From Theionarchaea archaeon (GTDB lineage Archaea; Methanobacteriota_B; Thermococci; Methanofastidiosales; SZ-28-30): a stretch of DNA of 64,000 bases. The stretch is taken from the NCBI GenBank assembly GCA_018992685.1, contig JACVGT010000018.1, positions 192,001-256,000 of the forward strand, given 5' to 3'. Made by a program: the position numbers and the translations under genes. Positions 9,965 to 20,543 of the stretch are shown here, one piece after another (the stretch's first letter is position 1; the number at the start of each line of letters is the position of its first letter). The notes below the pieces were generated by a model. The model saw only the letters and a program-made list of their open reading frames with translations. It did not search any database and was not told the DNA's origin.

Positions 9965-10717
9965 ATGAAATGGTTACTTCCACTGTTACTCTTCATCTTA
10001 CTCTTGGGACCAGTGAAGGTGGTGGTGATCTCAAACTCCATTGATTACTCACCAGAACTCATCCAGTACATCAGTCAGGAATTTCAGACGATATCCATTA
10101 CTGCTGACCAGTTCCCTAATTATCAGAACTACCAGTACTTTGTGATACTGGGAGGGCCAGATGCTCCCGAGGGTATTGGGGAGCTTGTGAGTACCATTTT
10201 GTCACTCCGCGAACAGGAATATCTTCGAACTACAGAAGAATATAATTTGTTTATCAGGGTGAAGGACGGAAAGACTTTCTTTGTCCTGGCAGGATCAGAT
10301 CGGGAGCAGACAAGGCTGGCGGTGGACACTCTGAAAGATGATGTGTTGACATATATACCAAAGCAGCCCATCCAGTGGATGGATGACTACGAGGCTGCAC
10401 TGGAGAAGGCCCAAGCGGAGAATAAGCTGATTTATATAGACTTCTATACAACATGGTGTAAATACTGTACACAAATGGACGAAGAGACCTACAGTGAAAT
10501 TCGTATCATCAAACTGCTCACGGAAGACTTCGTAGCCGTTCGATTGAACAGGGAAGATCCAGAGAATGAGGATATTGTCTCGTTGTACAGAATTTTCGGT
10601 CAGCCAGTCGAGATTGTAATTAATGCTCAAGGTGAAATTGTCTGGACTCATCAGGGCTTTCTGGATGCACCTGAGTTATACTATTACTTGACTACCATTC
10701 TCTCTGAAACGCAATAA
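9965..10717 (+). CDS. Secreted protein with C-terminal thioredoxin-like domain
   Basis: Signal peptide; DFYTTWCKYC; TATA about 25 nt upstream (leaderless). Confidence 0.8.
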   Translation: MKWLLPLLLFILLLGPVKVVVISNSIDYSPELIQYISQEFQTISITADQFPNYQNYQYFVILGGPDAPEGIGELVSTILSLREQEYLRTTEEYNLFIRVKDGKTFFVLAGSDREQTRLAVDTLKDDVLTYIPKQPIQWMDDYEAALEKAQAENKLIYIDFYTTWCKYCTQMDEETYSEIRIIKLLTEDFVAVRLNREDPENEDIVSLYRIFGQPVEIVINAQGEIVWTHQGFLDAPELYYYLTTILSETQ

Positions 10718-10817
10718 AGTCCAACAGGGGATTTCAGGATTTATCCACCGAATTTCAATTGAATGAACCAAGGTTGAGTTTTCTCAACCACGTCCAGCTG
10801 ACCTTCTGGGAAACCAT

Positions 10818-11945
10818 TCATGTCTTACCGTCCAATTCATTCATCAACTCCCTGATGAATTCTGCCTTTGCCCTCATGGTGAACTCTTCTGTAATCAAAT
10901 AGGCCCTCTCAAGAACGTTGAGGATTTCAGAGAAGCCCGCGGACTCAGTATCTTCAGGAGTACGATCCTGCATTCTATGCAGCAGGTCTTCTATCTTGCT
11001 TCGGGTTGTTGACGCATACGCAAATCCACGATCATAGTAATTCAGAATCAATTCCGCAAGCGACACAGCTGGCCTGTACATCTTTGTGCGAGAGCCGGAA
11101 ACCTTCTCAACCACAATGAACCCTTCTTCAACTGCAACAGACAGCATATCTGATATAGTACTCTGGGGAAGCTGGGTCGACTCCTGTAGTGCTTTCTGCG
11201 TTGTGGTCTTCTCGATAATCACATCATGTACGACGATTAGCAGGTCTGCTGCACTTTGAGCGTAGAGGGGATTGAGACCTGTCTTGATTCCCCTGAAGTA
11301 CTCTCTCTTTAGTTCAATGTAGTGAAGAGGTGGCTTGCCCTCTGTAGATCTATCTTCTGTTCCAGAAAGATCTTCTGAACCCTTTAGACGACGGAGGAAA
11401 CCAATTACTTCGTTGGAGTTGAGAGCTGTAACCTCCGGAATGTTCAGACCGGCGAATGAACCAGACTGGAGAACTTTCTTGAATGTTATAAGGTTACTTT
11501 TTCGGACAGAATGCATGATCTTCAAGTAGAGCTGCAATTCTTCAAGATACTGAAGGAGTCTACGGTATGAAACATGCTTTAGTACCTTCTTTTCTGCTTT
11601 CTTCTGAATGGTGCGAATCATCTCTGGATTGATGTCTGGTATATCTGTCCTCCTGCTAAGTATGTCCACAAGAAACTGCTCTGGATCTTTCTCGTACGTG
11701 TAATAATGCTTTCGGTCACCCATGATCTTGAGCGTTCGTACTGGTAATGTCAACTGGATTTTCTGAAGAGCAAGGGAAACAGATGCCCGTGAGTATCGCG
11801 TCAGCTCCATGATTCTTTCCTGAGTAGTGGGTCCATCTTCTACAAGGAGTGCTGTCAAACATCCAAAGAAATTGTGATGATATCGTCTTCCATGGGCCTT
11901 TTCCATATACTGGACTAGCTCTCTCTTGAAGTCATCTCCTGTCAT
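10818..11945 (-). CDS. Transcriptional regulator with two GbsR/MarR-like wHTH domains
   Basis: TTQERIMELTRYSRASVSLAL and TTQKALQESTQLPQSTISDML. Confidence 0.75.
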   Translation of the reverse strand: MTGDDFKRELVQYMEKAHGRRYHHNFFGCLTALLVEDGPTTQERIMELTRYSRASVSLALQKIQLTLPVRTLKIMGDRKHYYTYEKDPEQFLVDILSRRTDIPDINPEMIRTIQKKAEKKVLKHVSYRRLLQYLEELQLYLKIMHSVRKSNLITFKKVLQSGSFAGLNIPEVTALNSNEVIGFLRRLKGSEDLSGTEDRSTEGKPPLHYIELKREYFRGIKTGLNPLYAQSAADLLIVVHDVIIEKTTTQKALQESTQLPQSTISDMLSVAVEEGFIVVEKVSGSRTKMYRPAVSLAELILNYYDRGFAYASTTRSKIEDLLHRMQDRTPEDTESAGFSEILNVLERAYLITEEFTMRAKAEFIRELMNELDGKT

Positions 11946-12002
11946 CTCGCATCACTGAGTCCTTTTTCCGGTCGCATGATACGCGCAACTATATGCGCTT
12001 GT

Positions 12003-12033
12003 TATTTCGAAACTTTTAAAAACTTTCGAAATA
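12003..12033. promoter_or_regulatory. Bidirectional TATA box enclosed by a perfect 10-bp inverted repeat (operator)
   Basis: TATTTCGAAA-CTTTTAAAAAC-TTTCGAAATA between divergent genes. Confidence 0.8.
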
Positions 12034-12044
12034 TAATTCTTCTC

Positions 12045-13448
12045 ATGGCCATGACACATCGTGTAGGAGAAATCAACTCTTTTCGACGGGCTGTAACACC
12101 GCAGGAACGAAGATTCGTTATGGCTCCCACATCTCACATCTCGCTGGGAGTCAAAGTAAAGGGGAACTTATCAAAAGAGTCATTGCGAGATGCCGTAGAC
12201 AAGATGCTGGTCACCTATCCTCTATTCGGTGTACGAATTCTATGGGATTATGAGATAACACAGTCTACAACGGAAGATGCTGCTGAGGTACCTGTGAAGG
12301 TATACAGAAGAGAATCAGAAACCAGTTGGCTGGAGGCATTGAACAAGGAACACTCAATCCCCATCAAACCCTCCAGTGGCCCTCTTACTCGCATCATTCT
12401 GGTGAAGGGCCCAGATGTATCAGAACTATTCATCTTCTGCCATCATTCCATTTGTGATGGGAGATCTCTGGAGTTTGCTCTTCGAGAGATACTCCTTCAT
12501 CTGAGAGATCCTGGCAGAGTTCCTCATCTACTTCCTGAGGTACCGCCACAGACTCCTGAGATATTTCCGGAAGGTGTTTCCAGGAGCAGACTCAAATTAT
12601 GGTTCATCGAACGACTCAACAAGAAGTGGCTCAAAGAGAAGGTACTGTTTGATGAAGAGGATCTGTTGAATGTATGGGAGTCATTTTGGAAGAACTCTAG
12701 CTATGGTGTTGAACTTGTCACCCTTGATGCGCGTGAAACACAGAACCTCGTGGAGGCATGTAGAGCTAATAGTGTAACAGTCAATTCAGCGTTGCTTGTT
12801 GCATTTGTTAGGGCACGATGGGAAGCTTTGGGACCCTACAAGGACACGGTGAAAATCGGTACTGCAGTTGATACTCGTGACCGACTTCGCATTACAGTTG
12901 GAGATGCAGTTGGTCTCTATGCAGGTGGAATATCTCTTGCATTCAAGTACAGAAGCGATCGTCCTTTCTGGGAGAATGTCCAAGAATACCATAAGGAGGT
13001 CAAGAGACATCTGAAGGACAACAATGTGTTTGGTCCCATATACGACCAAATCGCATTAGACCCGACGTTGCTCGATGCCTTGCTCTTTGCCATGATTGGA
13101 GATCAGGTGGAACCTCATCAGAGTCGATACAAGAAAATATCGGAGTTCGCCAAGCGTCAAAAAGGTCTCGTGGCAGAATATCTCGACAAGTTTTCAAGCA
13201 ACATACCGGATGTCATGAGCACCAACCTTGGTGTATTGAATCTACCTGATGAGATTCATGGGTTGGAGATAGAAGAAGCATTTTTCACACCCTCCTCTGG
13301 CTTGAAGATGGAAATCGTCCTGGGTGTTGCTACAGCTGGAGGTTGTCTTACTGTATCTTTGAACTATCATGATGCATATGTCGACGGTGAAAAGATCAGG
13401 CGCGTTCGTGATAGGGCTGAAGAGATATTGAAGACCATACTCCCTTAG
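12045..13448 (+). CDS. Stand-alone condensation-domain / CoA-dependent acyltransferase (PapA5/Atf1-like)
   Basis: HHSICDG catalytic motif, VTVNSAL, STNLG; start 12045 or 12051. Confidence 0.8.
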   Translation: MAMTHRVGEINSFRRAVTPQERRFVMAPTSHISLGVKVKGNLSKESLRDAVDKMLVTYPLFGVRILWDYEITQSTTEDAAEVPVKVYRRESETSWLEALNKEHSIPIKPSSGPLTRIILVKGPDVSELFIFCHHSICDGRSLEFALREILLHLRDPGRVPHLLPEVPPQTPEIFPEGVSRSRLKLWFIERLNKKWLKEKVLFDEEDLLNVWESFWKNSSYGVELVTLDARETQNLVEACRANSVTVNSALLVAFVRARWEALGPYKDTVKIGTAVDTRDRLRITVGDAVGLYAGGISLAFKYRSDRPFWENVQEYHKEVKRHLKDNNVFGPIYDQIALDPTLLDALLFAMIGDQVEPHQSRYKKISEFAKRQKGLVAEYLDKFSSNIPDVMSTNLGVLNLPDEIHGLEIEEAFFTPSSGLKMEIVLGVATAGGCLTVSLNYHDAYVDGEKIRRVRDRAEEILKTILP

Positions 13449-13670
13449 AAGTCGTACTGAGAAGACAAAAGATCATTCTTTTGCCTCGATTCTCATTTCG
13501 AAATGCTAATGCTGTTCCTGGCCCTGCACTCATGTCACTGAACATTAATCGTCTGACTAAGTGTTGAAGAGTAGCTTCAGAACCCAATGTTCTCACTACT
13601 CAGATGAAAACTGACTAACGCCTGCGATGAGGCACAGAAAAACTTAAGAAGGGTACTGCCATCACAGCGT

Positions 13671-14627
13671 GTGGACGCCATCACCTGTGAGCATGTGGAT
13701 AGAATTTTCGAAAGCAAAAATAGAATGGTGAAAGCACTCAATGATGTGACAATTACTGTGAAGAAGGGAGAACTCTTTGGGCTACTCGGTCCAAATGGGG
13801 CTGGGAAGACTACCCTCATCAAAATTTTGACTACACTACTCCTCCCTACATCAGGAGAAGCCCACGTTTATGGCTATGATGTCACCAAAGATGAAACCAA
13901 GATCAGACCCATTATCAACATGGTGTCAGGTGGGGAATTTTCTGGCTACGGACTACTAACCGTCCATGAAAATCTCTGGATGTTCTCTCAATTCTACGGA
14001 ATACCTGGAAAAGAAGCCAACAAGAGAATCGAAACCCTCATGGAACGGTTAGGAATAGTACATATGGGGGACAGAAAAATTAGAACATTATCCACTGGGG
14101 AAAGGCAGAAAGTAAGCATCATTAGAGCATTCATGACAGATCCACGGGTAGTTTTCCTGGATGAACCCACGTTGGGACTGGATGTGGAAACTGCCCGGCT
14201 GATCCGACGGTTCATTCAAGAATGGCTGGCACAAGACTCTCAGAGAACCGTCCTTCTGACTACTCACTATATGATGGAAGCAGATGAACTCTGCAGCAGG
14301 ATTGCCATCATTAATGAAGGGAAGATTGTGGCTCTGGACACTCCTGGAAACCTAAAGAACATGGTAAAAAAGGAAATCTCCCTGAACATAGAGGTCTTCC
14401 CAGAAATTAGAGTGGACTGGCTCAATACCCTAGAAGGTGTCATGGGATTCAATTCCAGGGATGCTGGAGGGAATCTCAATCTGAGGGTTGTGGTTGATAA
14501 CGATGCTACTGTGGGGGAAGTTCTCGCAGGTATTAGCCAGCGTGGAGGAAAGATCAGCTATTTAAACAAAGAAGAACCTACTCTCGAAGACGTCTTCCTC
14601 AAATTAACAGGGAGAGGACTGGAATGA
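13671..14627 (+). CDS. ABC-2 exporter ATPase
   Basis: GPNGAGKT, LSTGE, LDEPT, TTHYM. Confidence 0.95.
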   Translation: MDAITCEHVDRIFESKNRMVKALNDVTITVKKGELFGLLGPNGAGKTTLIKILTTLLLPTSGEAHVYGYDVTKDETKIRPIINMVSGGEFSGYGLLTVHENLWMFSQFYGIPGKEANKRIETLMERLGIVHMGDRKIRTLSTGERQKVSIIRAFMTDPRVVFLDEPTLGLDVETARLIRRFIQEWLAQDSQRTVLLTTHYMMEADELCSRIAIINEGKIVALDTPGNLKNMVKKEISLNIEVFPEIRVDWLNTLEGVMGFNSRDAGGNLNLRVVVDNDATVGEVLAGISQRGGKISYLNKEEPTLEDVFLKLTGRGLE

Positions 14628-15436
14628 ATGTCATGCTCAATCTCCGGGCTCTCAAGGGGAGAGCCTACCCACGAATGATTGGCGCAGTACGAGAACCCTC
14701 CTGGATGTTCTGGGATACATTCTTACCCATTCTCAGTATGGCCGCCTACATATACGTATATCGAAGCCTTGATGCCCCAAAGGAATTTGAAGGATTCGTG
14801 GTTTTAGGCGGAGTCATGACCACCTACTGGATGAACGTCTTGTGGGGAATGGCCTCCCAACTGTACTGGGAGAAAGAGACTGCAAACCTCCAGTTGTACC
14901 TGGCAGCTCCCATGTCAAAAATGTCGATTCTGGCTGGAATGGCTCTGGGTGGCATGTTTTCCACCAGCGTCCGCTGCATCAGCATAATTCTGATAGGCAT
15001 AGTAATTTTCAAGGTGGAATTTGTTGTCACCAGTGTAGGACTACTTCTCGGGATATTCGGTGTTACCCTAGTAGCTCTCTACGGGATGGGTATGGTGTTT
15101 GCCTCTCTCTTTCTCATGTGGGGGCGAGAAGCGTGGCATCTGAATATGATTATGGAGGAACCCATATACTTTCTCTCTGGCTACTCATTCCCGGTGAAGG
15201 CTCTGGGATCACTTTCAGCCTTTGCTACCGTGATACCCTTCACCCTGGGATTGGACGCCATGAGACAGTTGACCTTCCCGAGCATGGCTGCCCAGTGGGG
15301 ATTGGTGTCCCCTCACCTGGAGCTGGGAATATTACTGGTCATGAGCATTACTTTGTTGTACGTTGCCAGGCTCTCATTGGATCGCATGGAACGTATGGGG
15401 AGATCAAAAGGGACACTCACCATGAGGTGGCAGTAA
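14624..15436 (+). CDS. ABC-2 permease
   Basis: 6 TM; overlaps ATPase stop. Confidence 0.85.
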   Translation: MNVMLNLRALKGRAYPRMIGAVREPSWMFWDTFLPILSMAAYIYVYRSLDAPKEFEGFVVLGGVMTTYWMNVLWGMASQLYWEKETANLQLYLAAPMSKMSILAGMALGGMFSTSVRCISIILIGIVIFKVEFVVTSVGLLLGIFGVTLVALYGMGMVFASLFLMWGREAWHLNMIMEEPIYFLSGYSFPVKALGSLSAFATVIPFTLGLDAMRQLTFPSMAAQWGLVSPHLELGILLVMSITLLYVARLSLDRMERMGRSKGTLTMRWQ

Positions 15437-16251
15437 TGGCAATTAGGAGTTCACTATGGCTGGAATACCAGATTGAAGCCAATTGGACGTCACCTGTGAT
15501 ATTTATACTGTATAATACGTTAAAACCAGTCGGGGGCTCATTGTTACTTCTGGCCATGTACTATGTAGTCACTGGCGGCTTTCTGGGAGGTGAAGGCCTG
15601 TATTTTTTGTATATTGGTAACGCATTCTACATGCTGGTGGCCCAGACACTGTTTAGCGTGGGCTGGATCATCCACGATGATAGAGAGCACTACCAGACCA
15701 TGAAGTACCTGTACATATCGCCCCTGTCGTACTTCACCTACTTGATGGGGAGAAGTGCCATGAGATTTCTCCTGAGCTTACTCCCTCTGTCAGTGTTGAT
15801 AGGGCTGGGTATCCTTCTGAAGATACCATACCGCATTGAGATTCTGTTGCTGATTGGCACATTTTTTCTAGGATGGATTTTTGTTATATCGGCAGGGCTG
15901 CTCTTGTCAGGGGTCAACATGCTCACAGCGCGTCACGGGAATTCAATTGGACAGGCCTTTTCAGGGATATTCTATCTCTTTTCAGGGGTTGTCTTTCCCA
16001 TACACGTCCTCCCAGGTTGGGCAAGCACTGCAGCTCTCGGGCTGCCTTCAACGTATTGGTTCTCATTGGTGAGAAGGAGCGTCCTGGGAAAAGAGGTTGA
16101 CAGCATTATGAGTGGGTTCACCACAGGGGACGTTGCTGTCCGGTTGATCATTATTTCAGTACTATTCTTTGTGATTTCTTATCTCACGTTTAGACTGGCC
16201 GATTACCTGGCCAGGAAGAAAGGCATCATTGACATGTCCACTACCTACTAG
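15436..16251 (+). CDS. ABC-2 permease (second)
   Basis: TAATG overlap at 15434-15438 gives the start; SGVVFPIHVLPGW motif. Confidence 0.85.
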   Translation: MAIRSSLWLEYQIEANWTSPVIFILYNTLKPVGGSLLLLAMYYVVTGGFLGGEGLYFLYIGNAFYMLVAQTLFSVGWIIHDDREHYQTMKYLYISPLSYFTYLMGRSAMRFLLSLLPLSVLIGLGILLKIPYRIEILLLIGTFFLGWIFVISAGLLLSGVNMLTARHGNSIGQAFSGIFYLFSGVVFPIHVLPGWASTAALGLPSTYWFSLVRRSVLGKEVDSIMSGFTTGDVAVRLIIISVLFFVISYLTFRLADYLARKKGIIDMSTTY

Positions 16252-16289
16252 GGTATACTAGAGCTGGAGTTCCCATAGAATAGTTGAAT

Positions 16290-17411
16290 CTAGCCCACAA
16301 GGGACAACAATACTCCAGCAGCAATTGCTGAACCGATAACTCCCGCCACATTGGGACCCATAGCATGCATTAGCAGGTAGTTCTTGGGGTTCTCCTTCAG
16401 CCCGACCTTTTGAACCACCCGTGCTGCCATGGGAACTGCTGAAACCCCTGCTGCTCCAATCAGTGGGTTAACCTGCCCCCTGGTGAGAAAGCACATGAGT
16501 TTCCCAAACAGCACACCTGCTGCAGTGCCAAAACAGAATGCAATTAGCCCCAGAACGATGATTTTAATGGTCCCCATTGTCAGAAATTGGGAAGCAGTCA
16601 TGGTAGCCCCCACTGATAATCCCAGAAAGATGGTGACCAGGTTGATCAGTTCATTTTCAGATGCTTTCCACAACCTGTTGACCACTCCTGATTCTCTGAA
16701 AAGATTTCCCGCCATGAGCATGCCAATCAGGGGAGTAGCAGAAGGCAGAAGGAGTGCAGTCACGATGGTGATGGCAATGGGAAAAACAATCTTTGTCTTC
16801 TTGCTCACAGGTCGCAACTGAACCATCTCAATACTGCGTTCCCTCTTCGTGGTAAGTGCCCGCATGATGGGGGGCTGAATAATTGGAACCAGAGCCATGT
16901 ACGAATACGCAGCCACTGCCACTGGTCCCAGAAGATGTGGAGCGAGCTTGCTGGTTAAATAGATGGCAGTTGGACCATCTGCCCCTCCAATAATCCCTAT
17001 AGAAGAAGCTTCTGGTAGACTGAATCCAAGGTACAGTGCACCCAGTAGCGTCCCGAAAATTCCAAACTGGGCAGCAGCTCCCAGCAGGAAAGTCTTTGGA
17101 TTGGCCAGTAGAGGGCCAAAATCAGTGAGAGCGCCCACCCCCAGGAAAATTAGCGGAGGAAAGATACCATATCTAACTCCCTGATAAAAGAAATAGAGCA
17201 GTCCTCCCTCTTCCATCAATCCTGCCAGGGGAATATTGGTTAGAATCGCACCAAATCCAATTGGCAGGAGCAGTAATGGCTCATATTCCCTGGTGATGGC
17301 TAGATATATGAGAACACAGCCGATACCGATCATGACAACACTTCCCAGTGTGAGGTTGCTGAACCCTGTCAACTGAAGAAACTCACGCATCACGTCCTGC
17401 ATTTTAATCAC
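16290..17411 (-). CDS. mmdB: Na+-translocating decarboxylase beta subunit
   Basis: [33 protein letters not shown]. Confidence 0.95.
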   Translation of the reverse strand: MIKMQDVMREFLQLTGFSNLTLGSVVMIGIGCVLIYLAITREYEPLLLLPIGFGAILTNIPLAGLMEEGGLLYFFYQGVRYGIFPPLIFLGVGALTDFGPLLANPKTFLLGAAAQFGIFGTLLGALYLGFSLPEASSIGIIGGADGPTAIYLTSKLAPHLLGPVAVAAYSYMALVPIIQPPIMRALTTKRERSIEMVQLRPVSKKTKIVFPIAITIVTALLLPSATPLIGMLMAGNLFRESGVVNRLWKASENELINLVTIFLGLSVGATMTASQFLTMGTIKIIVLGLIAFCFGTAAGVLFGKLMCFLTRGQVNPLIGAAGVSAVPMAARVVQKVGLKENPKNYLLMHAMGPNVAGVIGSAIAAGVLLSLVG

Positions 17412-17413
17412 CT

Positions 17414-17830
17414 CTAAGAAATGATTGCCAGTGAATCCCCTGTATTCACAGCCTGCCCTTCTTTCACCAGAATTCTCTTTAAGGTGCCTGTAAGTGGGGA
17501 CGATATCTGGTTTTCCATCTTCATGGCCTCCAGCGTGAACAGAAGGTCGCCTGCTGAAACCGTCTTCCCTTCCACAGCATGGATTTTGAGAATGGTTCCC
17601 GGCATAGGGGAAGGCACTGATCCTGGAGACATGGCTCTGGATGTGGGAATAGAGGGCGATGAAACAACGACGGGTCCCTGAGCGTGCAGGGTTTTCTCTT
17701 CCCTGACCCTCTCTTCCTGGATTGAGACTTCATATGGGACTCCGTCCACGATTACTGAATAGGAGGGTCCTTCTCCTTCTATTTCCACTTCATAGGGCTT
17801 GCCTTCAATTTCGACTGTGTATTTGGTCAT
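17414..17830 (-). CDS. mmdC: Biotin carboxyl carrier (gamma subunit)
   Basis: EAMKMEN biotinylation motif. Confidence 0.92.
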   Translation of the reverse strand: MTKYTVEIEGKPYEVEIEGEGPSYSVIVDGVPYEVSIQEERVREEKTLHAQGPVVVSSPSIPTSRAMSPGSVPSPMPGTILKIHAVEGKTVSAGDLLFTLEAMKMENQISSPLTGTLKRILVKEGQAVNTGDSLAIIS

Positions 17831-18086
17831 GGTATGATCTCCCTTGTTGTATCCACAAACTCTCTGCTACGGTGTCAAACCGGATGAAACCTTTTCTTTT
17901 CAGGTGGTAGGTCAGAGCACAGGCTATCACCGCCTTCACACGTGGCTCTGGCTCACCATGTGCAATCTGCTCTGCAGGCTCAGTCCTGAACATTCGTTCC
18001 AGTCCCCAGGCGATGACTGCTAAAAGCCCCAGAGCGGAAAACACGACCCCCATGCCCACCGCTGTCAATATGTATCCTGATACCAT
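17805..18086 (-). CDS. mmdD: Decarboxylase membrane anchor (OadG/delta)
   Basis: GMGVVFSAL N-terminal TM; operon position. Confidence 0.8.
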   Translation of the reverse strand: MVSGYILTAVGMGVVFSALGLLAVIAWGLERMFRTEPAEQIAHGEPEPRVKAVIACALTYHLKRKGFIRFDTVAESLWIQQGRSYHDQIHSRN

Positions 18087-18097
18087 GGACCATCCAC

Positions 18098-19642
18098 CTA
18101 CAACGGGATACTCCCGTGCTTTTTTCGGGGCCTGTCTTCTCTCTTTCTATGTAACATCTTTACTGCCTGTATGAGATGGTATCTAGTTTTTCTGGGGTCA
18201 ATGACGGCATCTACAAACCCACACCTGGCTGCTACATACGGATTTGCAAACCTCTCCCTGTATTGTCTCACTTTTTCTTCCCGCACTTTCTCGGGGTTCT
18301 CTGCCGCACTGATCTCTCTCCTATGGGCGACATTAACTGCACCTTCAGGCCCCATGACAGCAATCTCTGCCTGTGGCCAGGCCAGTACTAGATCAGTTCC
18401 GAGCTTCTTGCTGCACATGCATACGTAGGCTCCCCCGTATGCTTTTCTCACAATCAACGAAATCTTGGGAACATTGGCTTCAGCATAGGCGAACAGCATT
18501 TTAGCGCCGTGACGGATGATTCCGCCATGTTCTTGGGACACACCCGGAAGAAACCCAGGAACATCCACAATAGCAACCAGAGGAATGTTAAAAGCATCAC
18601 AGAACCTGATGAATCGTGCACCCTTGTCAGACGCATCGATATCCAGACAGCCAGCCAAGACTGCAGGTTGGTTCGCTACAATCCCCACCACTTTCCCGTT
18701 GAGGCGAGAGAATCCCACCACCAGGTTCCCGGCAAACAGTGCATGAACCTCTATGAACTCACCATTATCAACGACACTGCAGATGATGTCCTTGACATCA
18801 AAGACTTTCTGTGGATCTTCTGGGACAACTGTTAACAAAGACTCATCCTCCCTGAAAGGAGAATCAGTGACCTCTTTTTCTGGTGGGTCTTCCACATTAT
18901 TCGACGGTAGGTATTCCAGCAGCTTTCTCACCTTCAAGAGACACTCTTTTTCAGTCTGATCAAAGAAGTGGGCAACTCCGCTGCGCGTGCTGTGAGCGGC
19001 TGCGCCTCCAAGTTGCTCGAACGTCACCTCTTCACCGGTGACCGTTCTGATTACATCCGGCCCGGTGATGAACATGTGGGAAACTTGGTCCACCATGAAT
19101 ACGAAATCAGTGATCGCAGGTGAATAAACGGCTCCCCCTGCACAGGGGCCCAGAATGATAGAAATCTGTGGAATAACTCCTGAAGCAAGCGTATTGAACT
19201 TAAAAATCTCGCCATATCCCTCCAGAGAGGCCACACCTTCCTGGATGCGGGCTCCTCCTGAATCATTGATCTGTATGAATGGCACTCCGTTTTTCAAGGC
19301 CAGCTCCTGGGCATAGACAATCCTTCTGGCATGCATTTCTCCCAAGGAACCCCCCATTATTGTAAAATCCTGGCTTGCCACATACACCAATCGACCATCA
19401 ATGGTTCCACACCCCGTGACCACACCATCTCCCAAGAATTCTCTTTGATCGGCCACAAGGCCATGACATCCCTGGGAAATGAACATATCGATTTCCTCAA
19501 AGCTTCCCTCGTCAAGCAGGACAGAAATGCGTTCACGTGCCGTCAGTTTTCCTTTCTGATGCCGCTGTTCAATCCGTTCGAGTCCTCCTCCCAGGCAGGA
19601 TTCCTGCAGTTTTTCCTGGAGCTCCTTCAATTTTTCTTCCAT
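18098..19642 (-). CDS. mmdA: Methylmalonyl-CoA decarboxylase alpha (carboxyltransferase)
   Basis: DSGGARIQEG, GPCAGGAVYSPA, RKAYGGAY, KKHGSIPL. Confidence 0.93.
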   Translation of the reverse strand: MEEKLKELQEKLQESCLGGGLERIEQRHQKGKLTARERISVLLDEGSFEEIDMFISQGCHGLVADQREFLGDGVVTGCGTIDGRLVYVASQDFTIMGGSLGEMHARRIVYAQELALKNGVPFIQINDSGGARIQEGVASLEGYGEIFKFNTLASGVIPQISIILGPCAGGAVYSPAITDFVFMVDQVSHMFITGPDVIRTVTGEEVTFEQLGGAAAHSTRSGVAHFFDQTEKECLLKVRKLLEYLPSNNVEDPPEKEVTDSPFREDESLLTVVPEDPQKVFDVKDIICSVVDNGEFIEVHALFAGNLVVGFSRLNGKVVGIVANQPAVLAGCLDIDASDKGARFIRFCDAFNIPLVAIVDVPGFLPGVSQEHGGIIRHGAKMLFAYAEANVPKISLIVRKAYGGAYVCMCSKKLGTDLVLAWPQAEIAVMGPEGAVNVAHRREISAAENPEKVREEKVRQYRERFANPYVAARCGFVDAVIDPRKTRYHLIQAVKMLHRKREDRPRKKHGSIPL

Positions 19643-19713
19643 TACAGTTCTTTTCACTAGGGCTTAAAATAGCTTTCTCATAAAGTGGGGCTTGAAAGCG
19701 TAAGATTCAAATA

Positions 19714-20538
19714 ATGAACCTGACTACCAGTAATATGCATCTAGTAACTGCAGACGTACTCGATGAGTATGGCCTCCCCGACTTTTCTTTCATCATTGCC
19801 GATCCGGAGAACACTCGCTACGTACGAGACCTCGCACAGTTCTCCTACATCAAGGATGGATCTGACGTCGTAGGATTCCTGGCTTTTCACGAGCAGGAGT
19901 CCCAGATGGTCATCCATTATATCTCCCTAGATGAGCATGTTTCTCTGTCCAGTGCTGAAACCTTTATCAACAACCTCGCGTCCGGAAAGGAAGTCTACGC
20001 TGTTACCTACGATTGCAACAGGGCAACAGACCTTTTCGAAACCATGGGATTCTACAGGGAGGCTGGTCTCCAGTACATGGAGATGAAAACCATCCCCCAT
20101 TTCAGATCGCCCTATGGATTAGAATTCGTATCCATAGCAACCTCGAAAATCCCCCAAAAAATGTCCAATCTGTACAATACCTGTTTTTCAGTGTCTGATG
20201 GAAAGAAGACTCTGGAGGAATTTGTCGTTGACCCCTTTTCCACCACAGGAATTGATCTTATTTTGCGAAGAGAAGGGAGGAATATCGGGTTCTGGGTAGA
20301 TGTCACCTACTTCGGGACTGTGTGCTTCAACTGCTGGATCGGCATTGTTCCCCGACACAGAAGAAAAGGGTATGCAACTCAGCTAATGGAGTACGCTCTG
20401 ACTGTTGCCACTGAAAAAGGATGTACCAGAGCTGGTCTCCTTGTAAACCCGCGGAATGATGCTGCAGTGAGTTTTTATGATCAGATGGGGTTCGAAAAAC
20501 GGTGGGGAAGACTCCATTTTAGAAGCGAATCCGACTGA
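19714..20538 (+). CDS. Tandem GNAT acetyltransferase
   Basis: IGIVPRHRRKGYA, N.AA..FYDQMGF. Confidence 0.8.
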   Translation: MNLTTSNMHLVTADVLDEYGLPDFSFIIADPENTRYVRDLAQFSYIKDGSDVVGFLAFHEQESQMVIHYISLDEHVSLSSAETFINNLASGKEVYAVTYDCNRATDLFETMGFYREAGLQYMEMKTIPHFRSPYGLEFVSIATSKIPQKMSNLYNTCFSVSDGKKTLEEFVVDPFSTTGIDLILRREGRNIGFWVDVTYFGTVCFNCWIGIVPRHRRKGYATQLMEYALTVATEKGCTRAGLLVNPRNDAAVSFYDQMGFEKRWGRLHFRSESD

Positions 20539-20543
20539 GGTTT

